Virus record (IMG/VR): IMGVR_UViG_3300034069_000436
Coordinates: 1 to 41,085 of that record
Reading direction: 5' to 3' (one strand)
From: a virus
DNA length: 41,085 nt
The position numbers were made by a program, and so were the translations under genes. This document shows, one piece after another, positions 31,294 through 40,289 of this stretch. The notes under the pieces are model-generated. The model saw nothing but the letters and a program-made list of their open reading frames with translations, was not told the origin of the DNA and searched no databases. How positions within the stretch are numbered: the stretch's first letter is position 1; each line of letters begins with the position of its first letter.

Positions 31294-33240
31294 TCAACCC
31301 CCACCCTGCGCTGCGGCGGCCGACTGCGCAGACTTGCCCAGCAATTCCATAATTGACGGAGAATTCTTTTGAGTTGTCGTTCCTGCGCTCACGTTCGTCC
31401 CGTACTTACCAGTCAACGCGCTAATTAGGTTGGCGTAGGCATCTGTTCCCACGTACGGCAGCGCAGCCGCAGCGTTCGCCAGCGCGATCGTCGGTGACAC
31501 ACCGTTGTAGGACGCCGCATCAAGACCGCTTGTCAGCCCCAGCGCAGAAAGAATCTGCTGCACCTGCGCCTGCTGTGCCGCGTCCGCCGAGGTCGCCGCA
31601 TTGAGGTTAAGCGTGCCGGTCTGATTGAACAGCGAACCGAGCGAAGATGCCGCTCCCTGCGCGTTGGACTGACCCTGGTTGTATAGCGACCCCGCCGCCT
31701 GCGCCGCGTTAGCCGCGTTCGACTGGCTCGCGTTGTACAGATTGCCCGCCCCAAGCGCTGCGCTCTGTGCGTTGGATTGCCCGGCATTGTAAAGGTTGCC
31801 CGCCGCCGATGCCGCACTGGCCGCGTTCGACTCGCCGGAATCGAATAGAGACCCGAGCGACTTCAACGTGTCCGCCTGCTGGCCGTAGCCGGTTGCGTAC
31901 TGGCTTCCCAGCGTGCCAGCCGCCGACAAGCGGTTCGCGGTGTCGTTGTTCAGCGTCGAGGACAGCCCCGATGCCGCTGCAAGCTGGTTGGCGGTGCGCG
32001 CCTGATCCGCCGACGAGAGCTGCCCGAGCGCGCCAAGGCGGGTCGCTGCATCGGCACGCGAGCCAGTGGACAGGCTGTTCGCCGCCGACAGCGATCGATC
32101 TTGCCCCGCGTTGTAGTTGGACGAGATTCGTCCCGACGCGCCCTCCATGTTGTTGCGCTCGGCGGCATAAGCGCTGTCCGCCTGTCCTGCTGCCGTGATT
32201 TGGCGGTTGGCTGCGTCATTGTAGGCGGTATAGCGCGTGGTGTTGTTGGCGTCGGCCACGGCAGAGCCCAACGCAGCATCATAGGCGGTCGATAGGCCAG
32301 CACCTAGGCCCGATGCCCCGAAACGCTGGTTCTGTGCCTTGCGAGCCGCCGCCGTCGCCTGATCCGTAATGGCGTCCACGAACGGGTTCACCGCCGGGTC
32401 GCCATTGATGAGCTTGCTGTAGAGCGCATAGCCCGGTTCGGCGTTAAGATACTTGCCGGCGATGACCGACTGATCGTAACCGTCCGCGCCGTTGGAAGTG
32501 CCGTTGTTGCCGGTGCCGGCGAACAATCCGAGCGTGCCGTCTCCCGCGCCCAACGTGCCGGTGCCGTACCCATAAGCCGCCAGCCCGCCCGTCGCGCTAT
32601 TGCGGCCCCCGTTCAACAACGAGGCATAGGCCAGCGATGCGGGGTTGGACGCATCGCCGTTCGCAATTGACGACAGCGTGCCCGTGGCTGGATTGCTGTA
32701 GGACGACCCCAGCGACGACAGGGCGGACAACGCAGGATTGTTCAGCGCCGACGACGACAGGCCATTTAGCGTACTGATGGACGGGTTAGCCGTTGCGGAT
32801 GTCGCCAGCCCGTTGAGCGTGCCGATCGACGAGTTGTTAAGCGCAGACGACGACAGGCCGCCCAGTGTACCAATCGACGGGTTGGCGGTGGCCGACGAGG
32901 TAAGCCCGCTCAACGTCGACAGCGCCGGGTTCTGCGCCGCCTGTAGCTGCTGATAGGTCTGCGCGCCGGGGTTTGCGCCGTACAGCGCGCCAGAACCGAT
33001 CGCCGAGGCGTTGGCCTGCGCCTGCTGCACGTAGGGTGACGCACTCAGCGACTGTGGCGCGATGTTGTTGAAGCCCGTCGTCAGCGCGCTCGACAGCCCT
33101 TGCAGGTTGCCTTGGTTCGCGTTGAACACCGACTGCCCGCTGGCGAGCGCTTGGTTTATGTACGGGGAGTACTGATCCAGCGGCGACGACGTGCTGGTGT
33201 TGTTGCTGGTCGTCTTATTGCTGGACGATGAAAGACCCAC
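31294..33240 (-). CDS. S/N/A/G/Q-rich repeat-containing internal virion / ejection protein (putative)
   Basis: 648 aa, GTG start preceded by ACGGAG. Seven ~16-aa NPxIxTLxGLxSSAxx repeats and GNLYNxGQSNAxxAA repeats. Confidence 0.5.
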   Translation of the reverse strand: MGLSSSSNKTTSNNTSTSSPLDQYSPYINQALASGQSVFNANQGNLQGLSSALTTGFNNIAPQSLSASPYVQQAQANASAIGSGALYGANPGAQTYQQLQAAQNPALSTLSGLTSSATANPSIGTLGGLSSSALNNSSIGTLNGLATSATANPSISTLNGLSSSALNNPALSALSSLGSSYSNPATGTLSSIANGDASNPASLAYASLLNGGRNSATGGLAAYGYGTGTLGAGDGTLGLFAGTGNNGTSNGADGYDQSVIAGKYLNAEPGYALYSKLINGDPAVNPFVDAITDQATAAARKAQNQRFGASGLGAGLSTAYDAALGSAVADANNTTRYTAYNDAANRQITAAGQADSAYAAERNNMEGASGRISSNYNAGQDRSLSAANSLSTGSRADAATRLGALGQLSSADQARTANQLAAASGLSSTLNNDTANRLSAAGTLGSQYATGYGQQADTLKSLGSLFDSGESNAASAASAAGNLYNAGQSNAQSAALGAGNLYNASQSNAANAAQAAGSLYNQGQSNAQGAASSLGSLFNQTGTLNLNAATSADAAQQAQVQQILSALGLTSGLDAASYNGVSPTIALANAAAALPYVGTDAYANLISALTGKYGTNVSAGTTTQKNSPSIMELLGKSAQSAAAAQGGG

Positions 33241-33500
33241 TTGGCGCGCTCCGTAAACAGGGCGTCGCCTGGCCGTGGGAACGGTGGGACTGTGAGCGTC
33301 TTAGCGCGTTTTTGCTGAACGCGCAAGAGTTGCTACGGGCCGGGCTTGATACCGGCTACCCATTTCAGGCGGCGCTTACCGCACGCTGGCTACTTTCGTA
33401 GTCGCCAAGGCCGCGAATCAGTGACTACGCGTGGGAACAACCATCGGAGCGTGTCCTTCCACGCCGCCGCAGCGATATGAGAATAACCATATCGGACTGT

Positions 33501-33878
33501 CTAAGCAAGCACTTTGCGGATAGTCGTCTGATAAGACCGATACCCCCGCGAGCGCAGCAGCCGCATCCACCCCGGCCGCGATTCGATTTGCGCTGCGATA
33601 GCGCCGGCCTGTGCCGCCTCCTGCTCGGCAAGCGGGATTAGCACGTCAATGATTGCCTTCGCATCGCCAGCCGCTACCAGACCTTCCACCTGCCATGCGC
33701 CAGACGGATATTGCCGGTATTCGTAGACGATCGCGGCGTCAGGGATGGCGACAATCCTCGCCGACCCTTCCGCTACCCGTTCGTCCAGCCACGCCAGCGG
33801 ATAAAGCGCTTCGTCTATCGCCTTCGCGAACTCGGAGCGCCAGTGGAGGTAAGCGGTCCAGGCTTCGGGTGGGATCAT
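33501..33878 (-). CDS. Hypothetical protein flanked by non-coding DNA on both sides. A GNAT-like fold is possible but very tentative.
   Basis: 125 aa: MIPPEAWTAYLHWRSEF...IESRPGWMRLLRSRGYRSY. No obvious SD. Confidence 0.45.
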   Translation of the reverse strand: MIPPEAWTAYLHWRSEFAKAIDEALYPLAWLDERVAEGSARIVAIPDAAIVYEYRQYPSGAWQVEGLVAAGDAKAIIDVLIPLAEQEAAQAGAIAAQIESRPGWMRLLRSRGYRSYQTTIRKVLA

Positions 33879-33997
33879 AGCTTGACAGTATGATTAGCCG
33901 CATCCACCATGTCTATATCGGTTGGGCGCTACTCGGCCGGTGTGGCCCGCCCTGGTCATTGTTTCCGCCTCCATGCGGCTGGGGTCCGTGGCATTTA

Positions 33998-34059
33998 GCC
34001 CCTTTCGCCTTTGGTAATCCCTGCGCCCGTAAAGCATATCGGGGAAAGGCGGAAAGGGC
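33998..34059 (-). other. Long RNA hairpin immediately downstream of the stop at 34063
   Basis: 33998-34012 pairs with 34045-34059 (15 positions: 1 mismatch, 1 G-U), checked base by base. A 32-nt interior has further CCCG/CGGG pairing potential. No U-tract. Confidence 0.4.
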
Positions 34060-34062
34060 AGA

Positions 34063-34299
34063 TTACAGGCTTAGACCTGCCGCATCGCGCCATACACCGG
34101 ACACTGCGTCCCACCATTCCGGCTTCTTCGTGGTGGTGTTCCAACGCCCTTGCGCGAGCGCAGGCCGAGCCGGGCGCTGCGCGGTAGTCCCGACATCAGT
34201 CAGGCGGGCGCTAAGCTGGTTGATGGCCTTCGCCGCCTGCCGTTGCCAATCCTCGATGCCGACCGGGCTGCTGTTCGGGACAGTTGGCACAGTCGTCAT
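34063..34299 (-). CDS. Hypothetical protein
   Basis: 78 aa, with a 4-nt overlap upstream. Confidence 0.5.
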   Translation of the reverse strand: MTTVPTVPNSSPVGIEDWQRQAAKAINQLSARLTDVGTTAQRPARPALAQGRWNTTTKKPEWWDAVSGVWRDAAGLSL

Positions 34300-35729
34300 G
34301 CGCGTGAGCCCTGTTCGTAATCCAGATCAATGCCTTGAAAGAACGTCCACGACTGCGGTGGAATGACCACCCATGCCTGTACGTAGTTCCAGCTCTCACG
34401 TACCCTTATCGTTCCCGATGCTCGCGCCGAGGCATAGGTCGTCGTCGTCTGCGAGCCAGCAAGAGAGTTCGACCCGGCAATGCCGACTTGCGGGCTGGGA
34501 GCGTCCGTCATCGGTCGGACCGCTTGCAACCTAGCCCGATAGCCCGGAATCAGTTCCTTGCGCCCGTCGCCGAACGTGGCGGGTAGGGGCATCCCCGTAA
34601 ACGAGCCGAGCGTGTTGCTCCCGTCGAACGCCAGCAGGATTGGATACCCACCTCGTAGCGCGATACTGTCGAGGGAGAAGGGAATGGCATCGATCGAGCC
34701 ATACAACCCGTCAAGCTGTTCCAGCGACGTAGCGTTTGCAAGGCCGCTGACCAACCGGGACACCGGGGTTGTCGCGGTAGACCATTTGTCCAGCAGATAG
34801 TTGTAGATCAGCAGCCGATTGGCCGGAAAGGCCGATGGCAGGGTGACGATGTAAAGCGAGTTCTGCGGATCGACCACCGCCGTCACGCTATCAATGTAAG
34901 AGCGGTCGGACAGCCCCCGAAACCAGCGGTCAACCTTTTCCGATCCGATCGGCGTCATGGTCGAGCCGTCGAACGACATGAACCCGCGATTGGACAGGAA
35001 GAACGTCGTTGTGCCCCACGTCGCCAGCGTACCCGGCGCGACGCAACCCACGTCCTTCGCAACCTCGTCGAACTGCCACACCCGGCTATCGGCCGTGTAG
35101 CTCATGCGGACGATGCGGTTTTCCTGATAGACGTAGCCGGCCTGATTGTTGCCGCCGACAAGTCCCGTCACGTCGCCGCCCGTTGCCATGTCGGCCACGC
35201 CAGCCTCCGATGCAGTGCTGGGCGTCCATGATTCCGGCGCGCCTTGGTCGGACCATGCGATGCGGTTAGGCGATCCCGAGGCGTAGCCTAGCACCGTAAA
35301 GCCACCCACAACGGCAATATAGCGAGCGACCGGAGGCGAACCGCCCAGATTGGCAATGGCGTTTGTTGGCGCCGGGGTGAATTTCTTCACGGGATCGGCG
35401 CCGTTGGTCATAATAAGCAGCGAGGCATAAGGAACGGCCTGCACGCCAATCAGGTTGTTCAGGCCCGTCGCCATGCTGGTAAAGCCACCGGCCGCCACCG
35501 AATAGATGGTGGTGGCGTCCGCAGCAAACGAGTAAGTGACGCCAGCCGTGCGGTAGGCAAATCCGCCATAGGGTCGGCTGCCCAATCCTCCGTTGGCATT
35601 GGGGACGAACGAGTAGAATGGTCCGTAGCCGTTCTTAACGGGAAAACAGCCATCGGCAGTTACAATCCCTTCGCTCAAAAAAGGGGGCTGATCGGGCAAC
35701 CAGCTTCCGAATGTAACACGCTGCTTCAC
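34296..35729 (-). CDS. Tail structural protein (tail tube / nozzle candidate)
   Basis: 477 aa, beta-rich, MKQRVTFGSWLPDQPPFLSEG... The call rests on position in the tail block only. Confidence 0.45.
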   Translation of the reverse strand: MKQRVTFGSWLPDQPPFLSEGIVTADGCFPVKNGYGPFYSFVPNANGGLGSRPYGGFAYRTAGVTYSFAADATTIYSVAAGGFTSMATGLNNLIGVQAVPYASLLIMTNGADPVKKFTPAPTNAIANLGGSPPVARYIAVVGGFTVLGYASGSPNRIAWSDQGAPESWTPSTASEAGVADMATGGDVTGLVGGNNQAGYVYQENRIVRMSYTADSRVWQFDEVAKDVGCVAPGTLATWGTTTFFLSNRGFMSFDGSTMTPIGSEKVDRWFRGLSDRSYIDSVTAVVDPQNSLYIVTLPSAFPANRLLIYNYLLDKWSTATTPVSRLVSGLANATSLEQLDGLYGSIDAIPFSLDSIALRGGYPILLAFDGSNTLGSFTGMPLPATFGDGRKELIPGYRARLQAVRPMTDAPSPQVGIAGSNSLAGSQTTTTYASARASGTIRVRESWNYVQAWVVIPPQSWTFFQGIDLDYEQGSRA

Positions 35730-36361
35730 GCTCGCACGCCGAGCCCGTCATAGACGTTGGCGCGCATGACGATCGGCCCCCCGTAACGCGCGCGGTTGCC
35801 GGCTTTGTTGATATCGTCGATAATCGACGCCAACTTGGCTTGGATGATCGGCAAGCGGCTATCCGTCCAGCCGAAGAACTCCGCTTGCAGCAGCGTACCG
35901 AACAGATAGGCGTCGGGATGCTTGGTCAGCAGCCAGTTGGTCTCGTTGTCGGGCGTGATCGCGGGAATCGCCTGCCGATAGACCAGATTGATGGTGTACG
36001 CGGCGTCAGGCGAAGGCCAGACATACAAGTTCTGATTGCTGGTAGCGTAATATTGGGGCTGGCCCGCTACGGGCGCAGGTAGCGCGTAGAACTCGTTGAA
36101 GCCAAGCTGCTCCAGCGGCCACGAAGGAGCGCCGACAATGGCGAGAGACCGGATGCTGTCCACGTCGGCGGGTAGCGCAGGATTGAACGGATCGATCGTC
36201 ACCGTTGCTTCCATGTCGGGCGTGACGATGTTGCGCCGGAAATCCGCTTCTGCCAGCGCAATCATATTGGGAATATTGTCAGTCAGCGAATCCCCGGCGT
36301 CGTCGAGCCACGCCTGTACCGCCGCAACTAGCCCGTCATAAGTGCGGATATCCTGCGCCAT
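35726..36361 (-). CDS. Head-tail adaptor / tail tubular A-like protein (putative)
   Basis: 211 aa. The N-terminus YDGLVAAVQAWLDDAGDSLTDNIPNMIALAEADFRR resembles an adaptor-family motif I recall from podoviruses. Confidence 0.4.
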   Translation of the reverse strand: MAQDIRTYDGLVAAVQAWLDDAGDSLTDNIPNMIALAEADFRRNIVTPDMEATVTIDPFNPALPADVDSIRSLAIVGAPSWPLEQLGFNEFYALPAPVAGQPQYYATSNQNLYVWPSPDAAYTINLVYRQAIPAITPDNETNWLLTKHPDAYLFGTLLQAEFFGWTDSRLPIIQAKLASIIDDINKAGNRARYGGPIVMRANVYDGLGVRA

Positions 36362-36371
36362 AACTGCACCC

Positions 36372-37100
36372 TTACGCCTTTCCGAGCATCACAGCAGCCC
36401 CGTCCGTGCCGCTGCTAAATGTCATTGAAGGGGCTGCGCTCGGCAGAGCGCCATAAGCCACAGTTCCCACTAGATATCGGCCCGGAGTACTAAGATCTTC
36501 ACCAATTGCACGGGGATAGATACCCATTGCAGAAGTGCTGATACCCTTGACCGTCGCGGGAGTAGAGCCTTGCTTAAACAAGGCCGCCGCGAAGTAGATG
36601 CCCGGATTGAGATAGGCGTTCATGCCGTTCAGAAACAGGCGAGCGCCCGCAACCGCCGCCGAGTTGACGGCCGAGTCCAACGACAGCTCGCCCGCGTCTT
36701 TCACCAGCGCGCCGAACCCTCCCGTGCTGCGATCCAGCCCGTACATGCCCATGCGGACCGCGCAGCCTGTCTGCGGGGTGGTCAGATGGATGCCGATACT
36801 GTTGATGTTGACCTTGCGGTGGAACACGAACTTCTGGGCGATCAGCAGCCCGGCCGCCGGGGTGCGGTCGGTCAGCGCCGTGATGCCGGGCGCGAACTGC
36901 GCGAAGCCGGACGGCCAATACTGGTCGTCGAACGCCGTCAGTATCCACTCGGCCGAGCCGGTCGTGGCGTTGGCGCAGGTCCACTGTTCACCGGTGTTGC
37001 GGTTGAACCAGCTGGAGCCGATCACATAGCCCTGGCTGGCGTCGTTGCCGGCATTGGGGTCGATGGTCGCAGAGAGGTTGTTCTTGATGTCGGCCATCAT
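36372..37100 (-). CDS. Tail fibre-like protein
   Basis: 242 aa. DPNAGNDASQGYVIGSSWFNRNTGEQWTCANATTGSAEW is a common fibre motif. Confidence 0.55.
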   Translation of the reverse strand: MMADIKNNLSATIDPNAGNDASQGYVIGSSWFNRNTGEQWTCANATTGSAEWILTAFDDQYWPSGFAQFAPGITALTDRTPAAGLLIAQKFVFHRKVNINSIGIHLTTPQTGCAVRMGMYGLDRSTGGFGALVKDAGELSLDSAVNSAAVAGARLFLNGMNAYLNPGIYFAAALFKQGSTPATVKGISTSAMGIYPRAIGEDLSTPGRYLVGTVAYGALPSAAPSMTFSSGTDGAAVMLGKA

Positions 37101-38435
37101 TCAGAGCTCCAGAACAGCATCGCGCATCGAGGCGAGCTGGGGTGTGGGTTGAAAATCGGCGGTGTAGGCGCAGGGCATCTCGCCCGCGGTCGACATCCAG
37201 CTGTTGTAGCCGTTGTCGAGTGTCCACTCGACCAGCATGCCGCCACCGGTCGACTGAACGATGGGCAGCGCGACATCGAGGTACTGCTTGCGGATGTTGC
37301 TCGCGATCCGCTCGTACTCGTAGGCGCTGTAGCTGGTCGGCGCGGGCGTATCGACCTTGCCATAGGCGTCGATGATGCCATCGCCGTAGCCCGTCCGGAC
37401 GTCGATCTCGGAGACGATGATCTTGAGCCCGAGGCCGACGAGGCCTTGCAGAAAGCTGCGCAGGCGCGGCGCCGAGAACGACAGCCGGAACTGCATGTGC
37501 GCCTGCTGGGCATAGCCATCAACCACTGCGCCCGCCTGTATCGCCGCCGTGATGCCGGCGAGCGTGTTCTGGGCAAGGTTGTTGAACGTCGACGAGCCCA
37601 GCTGCTCCGTCTGGTCCTGACACCAGAACAGCGGCACGCCGGGTAGCTTCTGCCGCACGCGAGCGATGGCGAACAGCACCGGCGCCAGATAGTCGTCCTG
37701 GGTGGCGGTCGAGGCGGTGCGGCCAGCGACCGTCGCCGCCGCGGTGTTCCACGGATTGGTCCGCCAGCCGCCCGGATTGGTGGAGCCCGCGGAGAAGAGC
37801 TCGTTCACGACGTCGGCGTTCGCGATGATGTCGGTGTATCCGGCGAGCAGCCCGCAGATCGCGTCGATGCGGGCGGCCATCAGCGTCTGCCACTGGCCGG
37901 GGTTCTGCTGGAGGTACGTGTCGATCCAGGTGCCGATGTCGCGCTTGGGGTAGACGCCGATGACGTGGCCGCGGACCTTCTTCCCCTTGGCTCGCGCGTC
38001 GTCCAGGAATGCCTTGGCGGGGTTGAGGTTGAAGCTGCCCAGCGACGGATTGAAGTTGTCGCCCATCATCACGTAGCCGGGCACGTACAAGTCGACGTTG
38101 TCCGCGATCCACGCCTGCCGGGTGGCATAGCCCGCTGGCCCCGCCGCGCCCATGACGTCGCCGCCCTGGATCGAGGTGCCGAGCAGGATGCCCTTGTTGG
38201 CGCTGATCGTCTTGAGCAGCCCGCCGGGATCGACGGTGTAGCTGCCGACCAAAGCATTCCCAGAAACATCTGTTTCTCGGTTATTAGCTAGGTCAATTAA
38301 GGTACCCGCAATGCGGGTGGGAGCGACCAAAATAACGGCGGGTTGATGCCCACCCATCGAATTGACGATGACATCCTCGTCAGGAGTGGGCTGCCGACCG
38401 CCATACGACGCCAGCGTGTCCGACAACACAGACAT
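37101..38435 (-). CDS. Tail-associated glycoside hydrolase, GH10-like (clan GH-A TIM barrel)
   Basis: 444 aa. The ordered motif series is KGKKVRGHVIGVY, ADVVNELF, LFWCQDQTE, VDGYAQQAHMQ, LKIIVSEIDVR, LVEWTLDNGYNSW. This parallels GH10 RGH / WDVVNE / NDYN / G.Q.H / ITELD / WG..D..SW. Confidence 0.65.
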   Translation of the reverse strand: MSVLSDTLASYGGRQPTPDEDVIVNSMGGHQPAVILVAPTRIAGTLIDLANNRETDVSGNALVGSYTVDPGGLLKTISANKGILLGTSIQGGDVMGAAGPAGYATRQAWIADNVDLYVPGYVMMGDNFNPSLGSFNLNPAKAFLDDARAKGKKVRGHVIGVYPKRDIGTWIDTYLQQNPGQWQTLMAARIDAICGLLAGYTDIIANADVVNELFSAGSTNPGGWRTNPWNTAAATVAGRTASTATQDDYLAPVLFAIARVRQKLPGVPLFWCQDQTEQLGSSTFNNLAQNTLAGITAAIQAGAVVDGYAQQAHMQFRLSFSAPRLRSFLQGLVGLGLKIIVSEIDVRTGYGDGIIDAYGKVDTPAPTSYSAYEYERIASNIRKQYLDVALPIVQSTGGGMLVEWTLDNGYNSWMSTAGEMPCAYTADFQPTPQLASMRDAVLEL

Positions 38436-38644
38436 CAGCCGCCGCTTAGCTTGCCGATAATGGCGAGAGCCACATCACCGGCAGGAGCCAAGCTGACCTG
38501 CCCGGCCGGGCCGATTGGCGGCTCAAAATCGATTACCGTTGGAGAGCCGTGGTAGTCGATGCTTTCGATCTCGTCGGCGCCAACGTAATATCCATCGCCA
38601 TTCTCGCGGAGTGAAAAAGTACGGCCGGCTATATTGATATCCAT
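38435..38644 (-). CDS. Hypothetical protein
   Basis: 69 aa, with 1-nt overlaps at both ends. Confidence 0.5.
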   Translation of the reverse strand: MDINIAGRTFSLRENGDGYYVGADEIESIDYHGSPTVIDFEPPIGPAGQVSLAPAGDVALAIIGKLSGG

Positions 38645-39072
38645 TATTGCCTCCCGACGACGCGGACGGGAAGGCCCGAGGTCGCGTTAGAAATTGGCGA
38701 AACTGTCAACCCGAGTAATGCCGTTGCCACAGTCGGCAAGGTGGTTGCTACAAGCTGCCAGCACTTCCCGCTGAACGTAGTGGCCGTCACAGCACTAACC
38801 GTACATTTGTAGGGCGTGTTACCCGATGAGGGGATGTCCGCCAGATACCCGGTTGGCGGCGCGCTGAACGGAATGGCCCACGTTCCTGAGAACGTACCAT
38901 CGGACAGCGTGTTCGTTGTCGCTGCCTGAATTTGTCCCTGCATGAGAGTCAAGTTAGTCGCAGCGGCTGCGGACAAATCGTCTGGGCTAACCCCGTTGGG
39001 GGCTACGGTCGCTTGGCCAAAGACCGGAGAGCAGATAAGGCAAATCGCTCCTGCGGCTTGTAGGACCTTCAT
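38644..39072 (-). CDS. Predicted secreted protein (Sec-type signal peptide)
   Basis: 142 aa. MKVLQAAGAICLICSPVFG|QATVAPN. Low-GC codon usage. ATGA overlap upstream. Confidence 0.55.
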   Translation of the reverse strand: MKVLQAAGAICLICSPVFGQATVAPNGVSPDDLSAAAATNLTLMQGQIQAATTNTLSDGTFSGTWAIPFSAPPTGYLADIPSSGNTPYKCTVSAVTATTFSGKCWQLVATTLPTVATALLGLTVSPISNATSGLPVRVVGRQ

Positions 39073-39863
39073 TTTGCCTGCCCCGAAAGAGTGATCGGCG
39101 CGGTGCCGACTGGCGTGTATGTCGTGCAGCTAGTTGAAAACAGAAGCGTTACACCGGTCGACAAAAGCAAGGGCGTAGTAAATCCCTTATCATAGCTGCT
39201 CGATGCCGCAAGTTGATAACAATACGGCGTACTCGCCGCCGCCAACGTAGCGCCACTAGCCGGGGCAGCGCTGGCATTGTAAACCACAATATACCCCGCC
39301 GCTGTCGAATTTACGATATTGATGCTGTAAAGCGCACCTGCGGTGGCCTTGATGACAACTGCCGTTACACCCTGCGCCGTCGTTCCTGCAACCGGTCCAG
39401 GTGTCGTGTAAAGGTTGCCGAAAAAGTCGCACTGCAAACTACCCTGATACTGGTCGGCCCACGCAGCTCGGGTAGCGTAACTCTTGCACCCGATAAGATC
39501 AGATGTAAGCGTGGTGGAAAGCATCGTCGCTGGATCGACGTTACCGGCAGATGACACACCGACTTTCAAACGACCCGTTGTGATGCAGTTCAGCGGGTTA
39601 CTCGTTCCTACGATGTAGGTCTGATTGCCCGTGACAGCCGTACACAGCGACAGCGTGCCACCTTGCCCCATCGTCGTAGAGCCCTGCGCGCTACCGCCGA
39701 TGCTAGCCACCAGCGGCACACGGAGGGTTTTCCCGCTTCCGTCATTCGCCGGGACTGTCGTGGCTGCATCATAAGGAGGTGTGTTCTCCTTTTGAGTGAC
39801 GGTCTGCGCCTGCGCCACAATCGGCAGCAACAGCGGCAGAGTGTGAAGCAGGCGCAGCCGCAT
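39069..39863 (-). CDS. Predicted secreted T/S/G/A-rich beta protein (Sec-type signal peptide)
   Basis: 264 aa. MRLRLLHTLPLLLPIVAQA|QTVTQK. Low-GC region. TAATG overlap upstream. Confidence 0.55.
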   Translation of the reverse strand: MRLRLLHTLPLLLPIVAQAQTVTQKENTPPYDAATTVPANDGSGKTLRVPLVASIGGSAQGSTTMGQGGTLSLCTAVTGNQTYIVGTSNPLNCITTGRLKVGVSSAGNVDPATMLSTTLTSDLIGCKSYATRAAWADQYQGSLQCDFFGNLYTTPGPVAGTTAQGVTAVVIKATAGALYSINIVNSTAAGYIVVYNASAAPASGATLAAASTPYCYQLAASSSYDKGFTTPLLLSTGVTLLFSTSCTTYTPVGTAPITLSGQAK

Positions 39864-40279
39864 TACTTGTTGCCCTTCTTGGTGTGATGCTCGGGCGTGT
39901 CGATGTACGCCGCGCGCTGAGCCTCGGCATGACTGACACCGCCCTTGGGCGTGTCGTTGGTCTCACCCGGCGTCGGAGTATCGTTCTCCGCGACGACCAG
40001 CATCTGCGGCACATCCCGACCGGCGAGCGGCGGCTGTTCGCGCATGCCGTCATAGGTGCCGTCGTCGGGCTGAATGGCGCCGGACGAATGCTCCGAACGG
40101 CTCACCTGCTCGTCGGTGCCGACCAGCTTGTCCGTCGTATCAGCCTCGCCGGTAACTTCCTGCGTCTTTGCGTTGGCCTCGTCCGACACCTTGACGCGCG
40201 CCTTCTGCTGATCGTCCAGCGCCTTGGCCGTCTGCGTGTTGATGTTGTCGTCCGGCTTGTCGATCTTCTTGGTGGTCAT
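39863..40279 (-). CDS. Acidic, likely disordered virion-module protein
   Basis: 138 aa, D/E/T/K-rich. Confidence 0.5.
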   Translation of the reverse strand: MTTKKIDKPDDNINTQTAKALDDQQKARVKVSDEANAKTQEVTGEADTTDKLVGTDEQVSRSEHSSGAIQPDDGTYDGMREQPPLAGRDVPQMLVVAENDTPTPGETNDTPKGGVSHAEAQRAAYIDTPEHHTKKGNK

Positions 40280-40289
40280 GTCACGTCTC

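Noticed and set aside
33890-34366. Plus-strand ORF of 158 aa, preceded by TTGACA at 33882
   Set aside because: The translation is W/C/P/R-rich. Its 3' half is antisense to two coupled minus-strand genes. TTGACA is followed by TATGAT after only 1 nt, so it is not a usable promoter.
36570-37646. 358-aa plus-strand ORF spanning the fibre and GH10-like genes. Also 30167..30919 (+), 16223..16924 (-), 12332..13285 (+), 17221..17745 (-) and 28508..29035 (-).
   Set aside because: All are antisense to ORFs with recognisable motifs or better composition, are R/G/H/P-rich, and lack SD sequences or coupling. These are typical GC-rich shadow ORFs.
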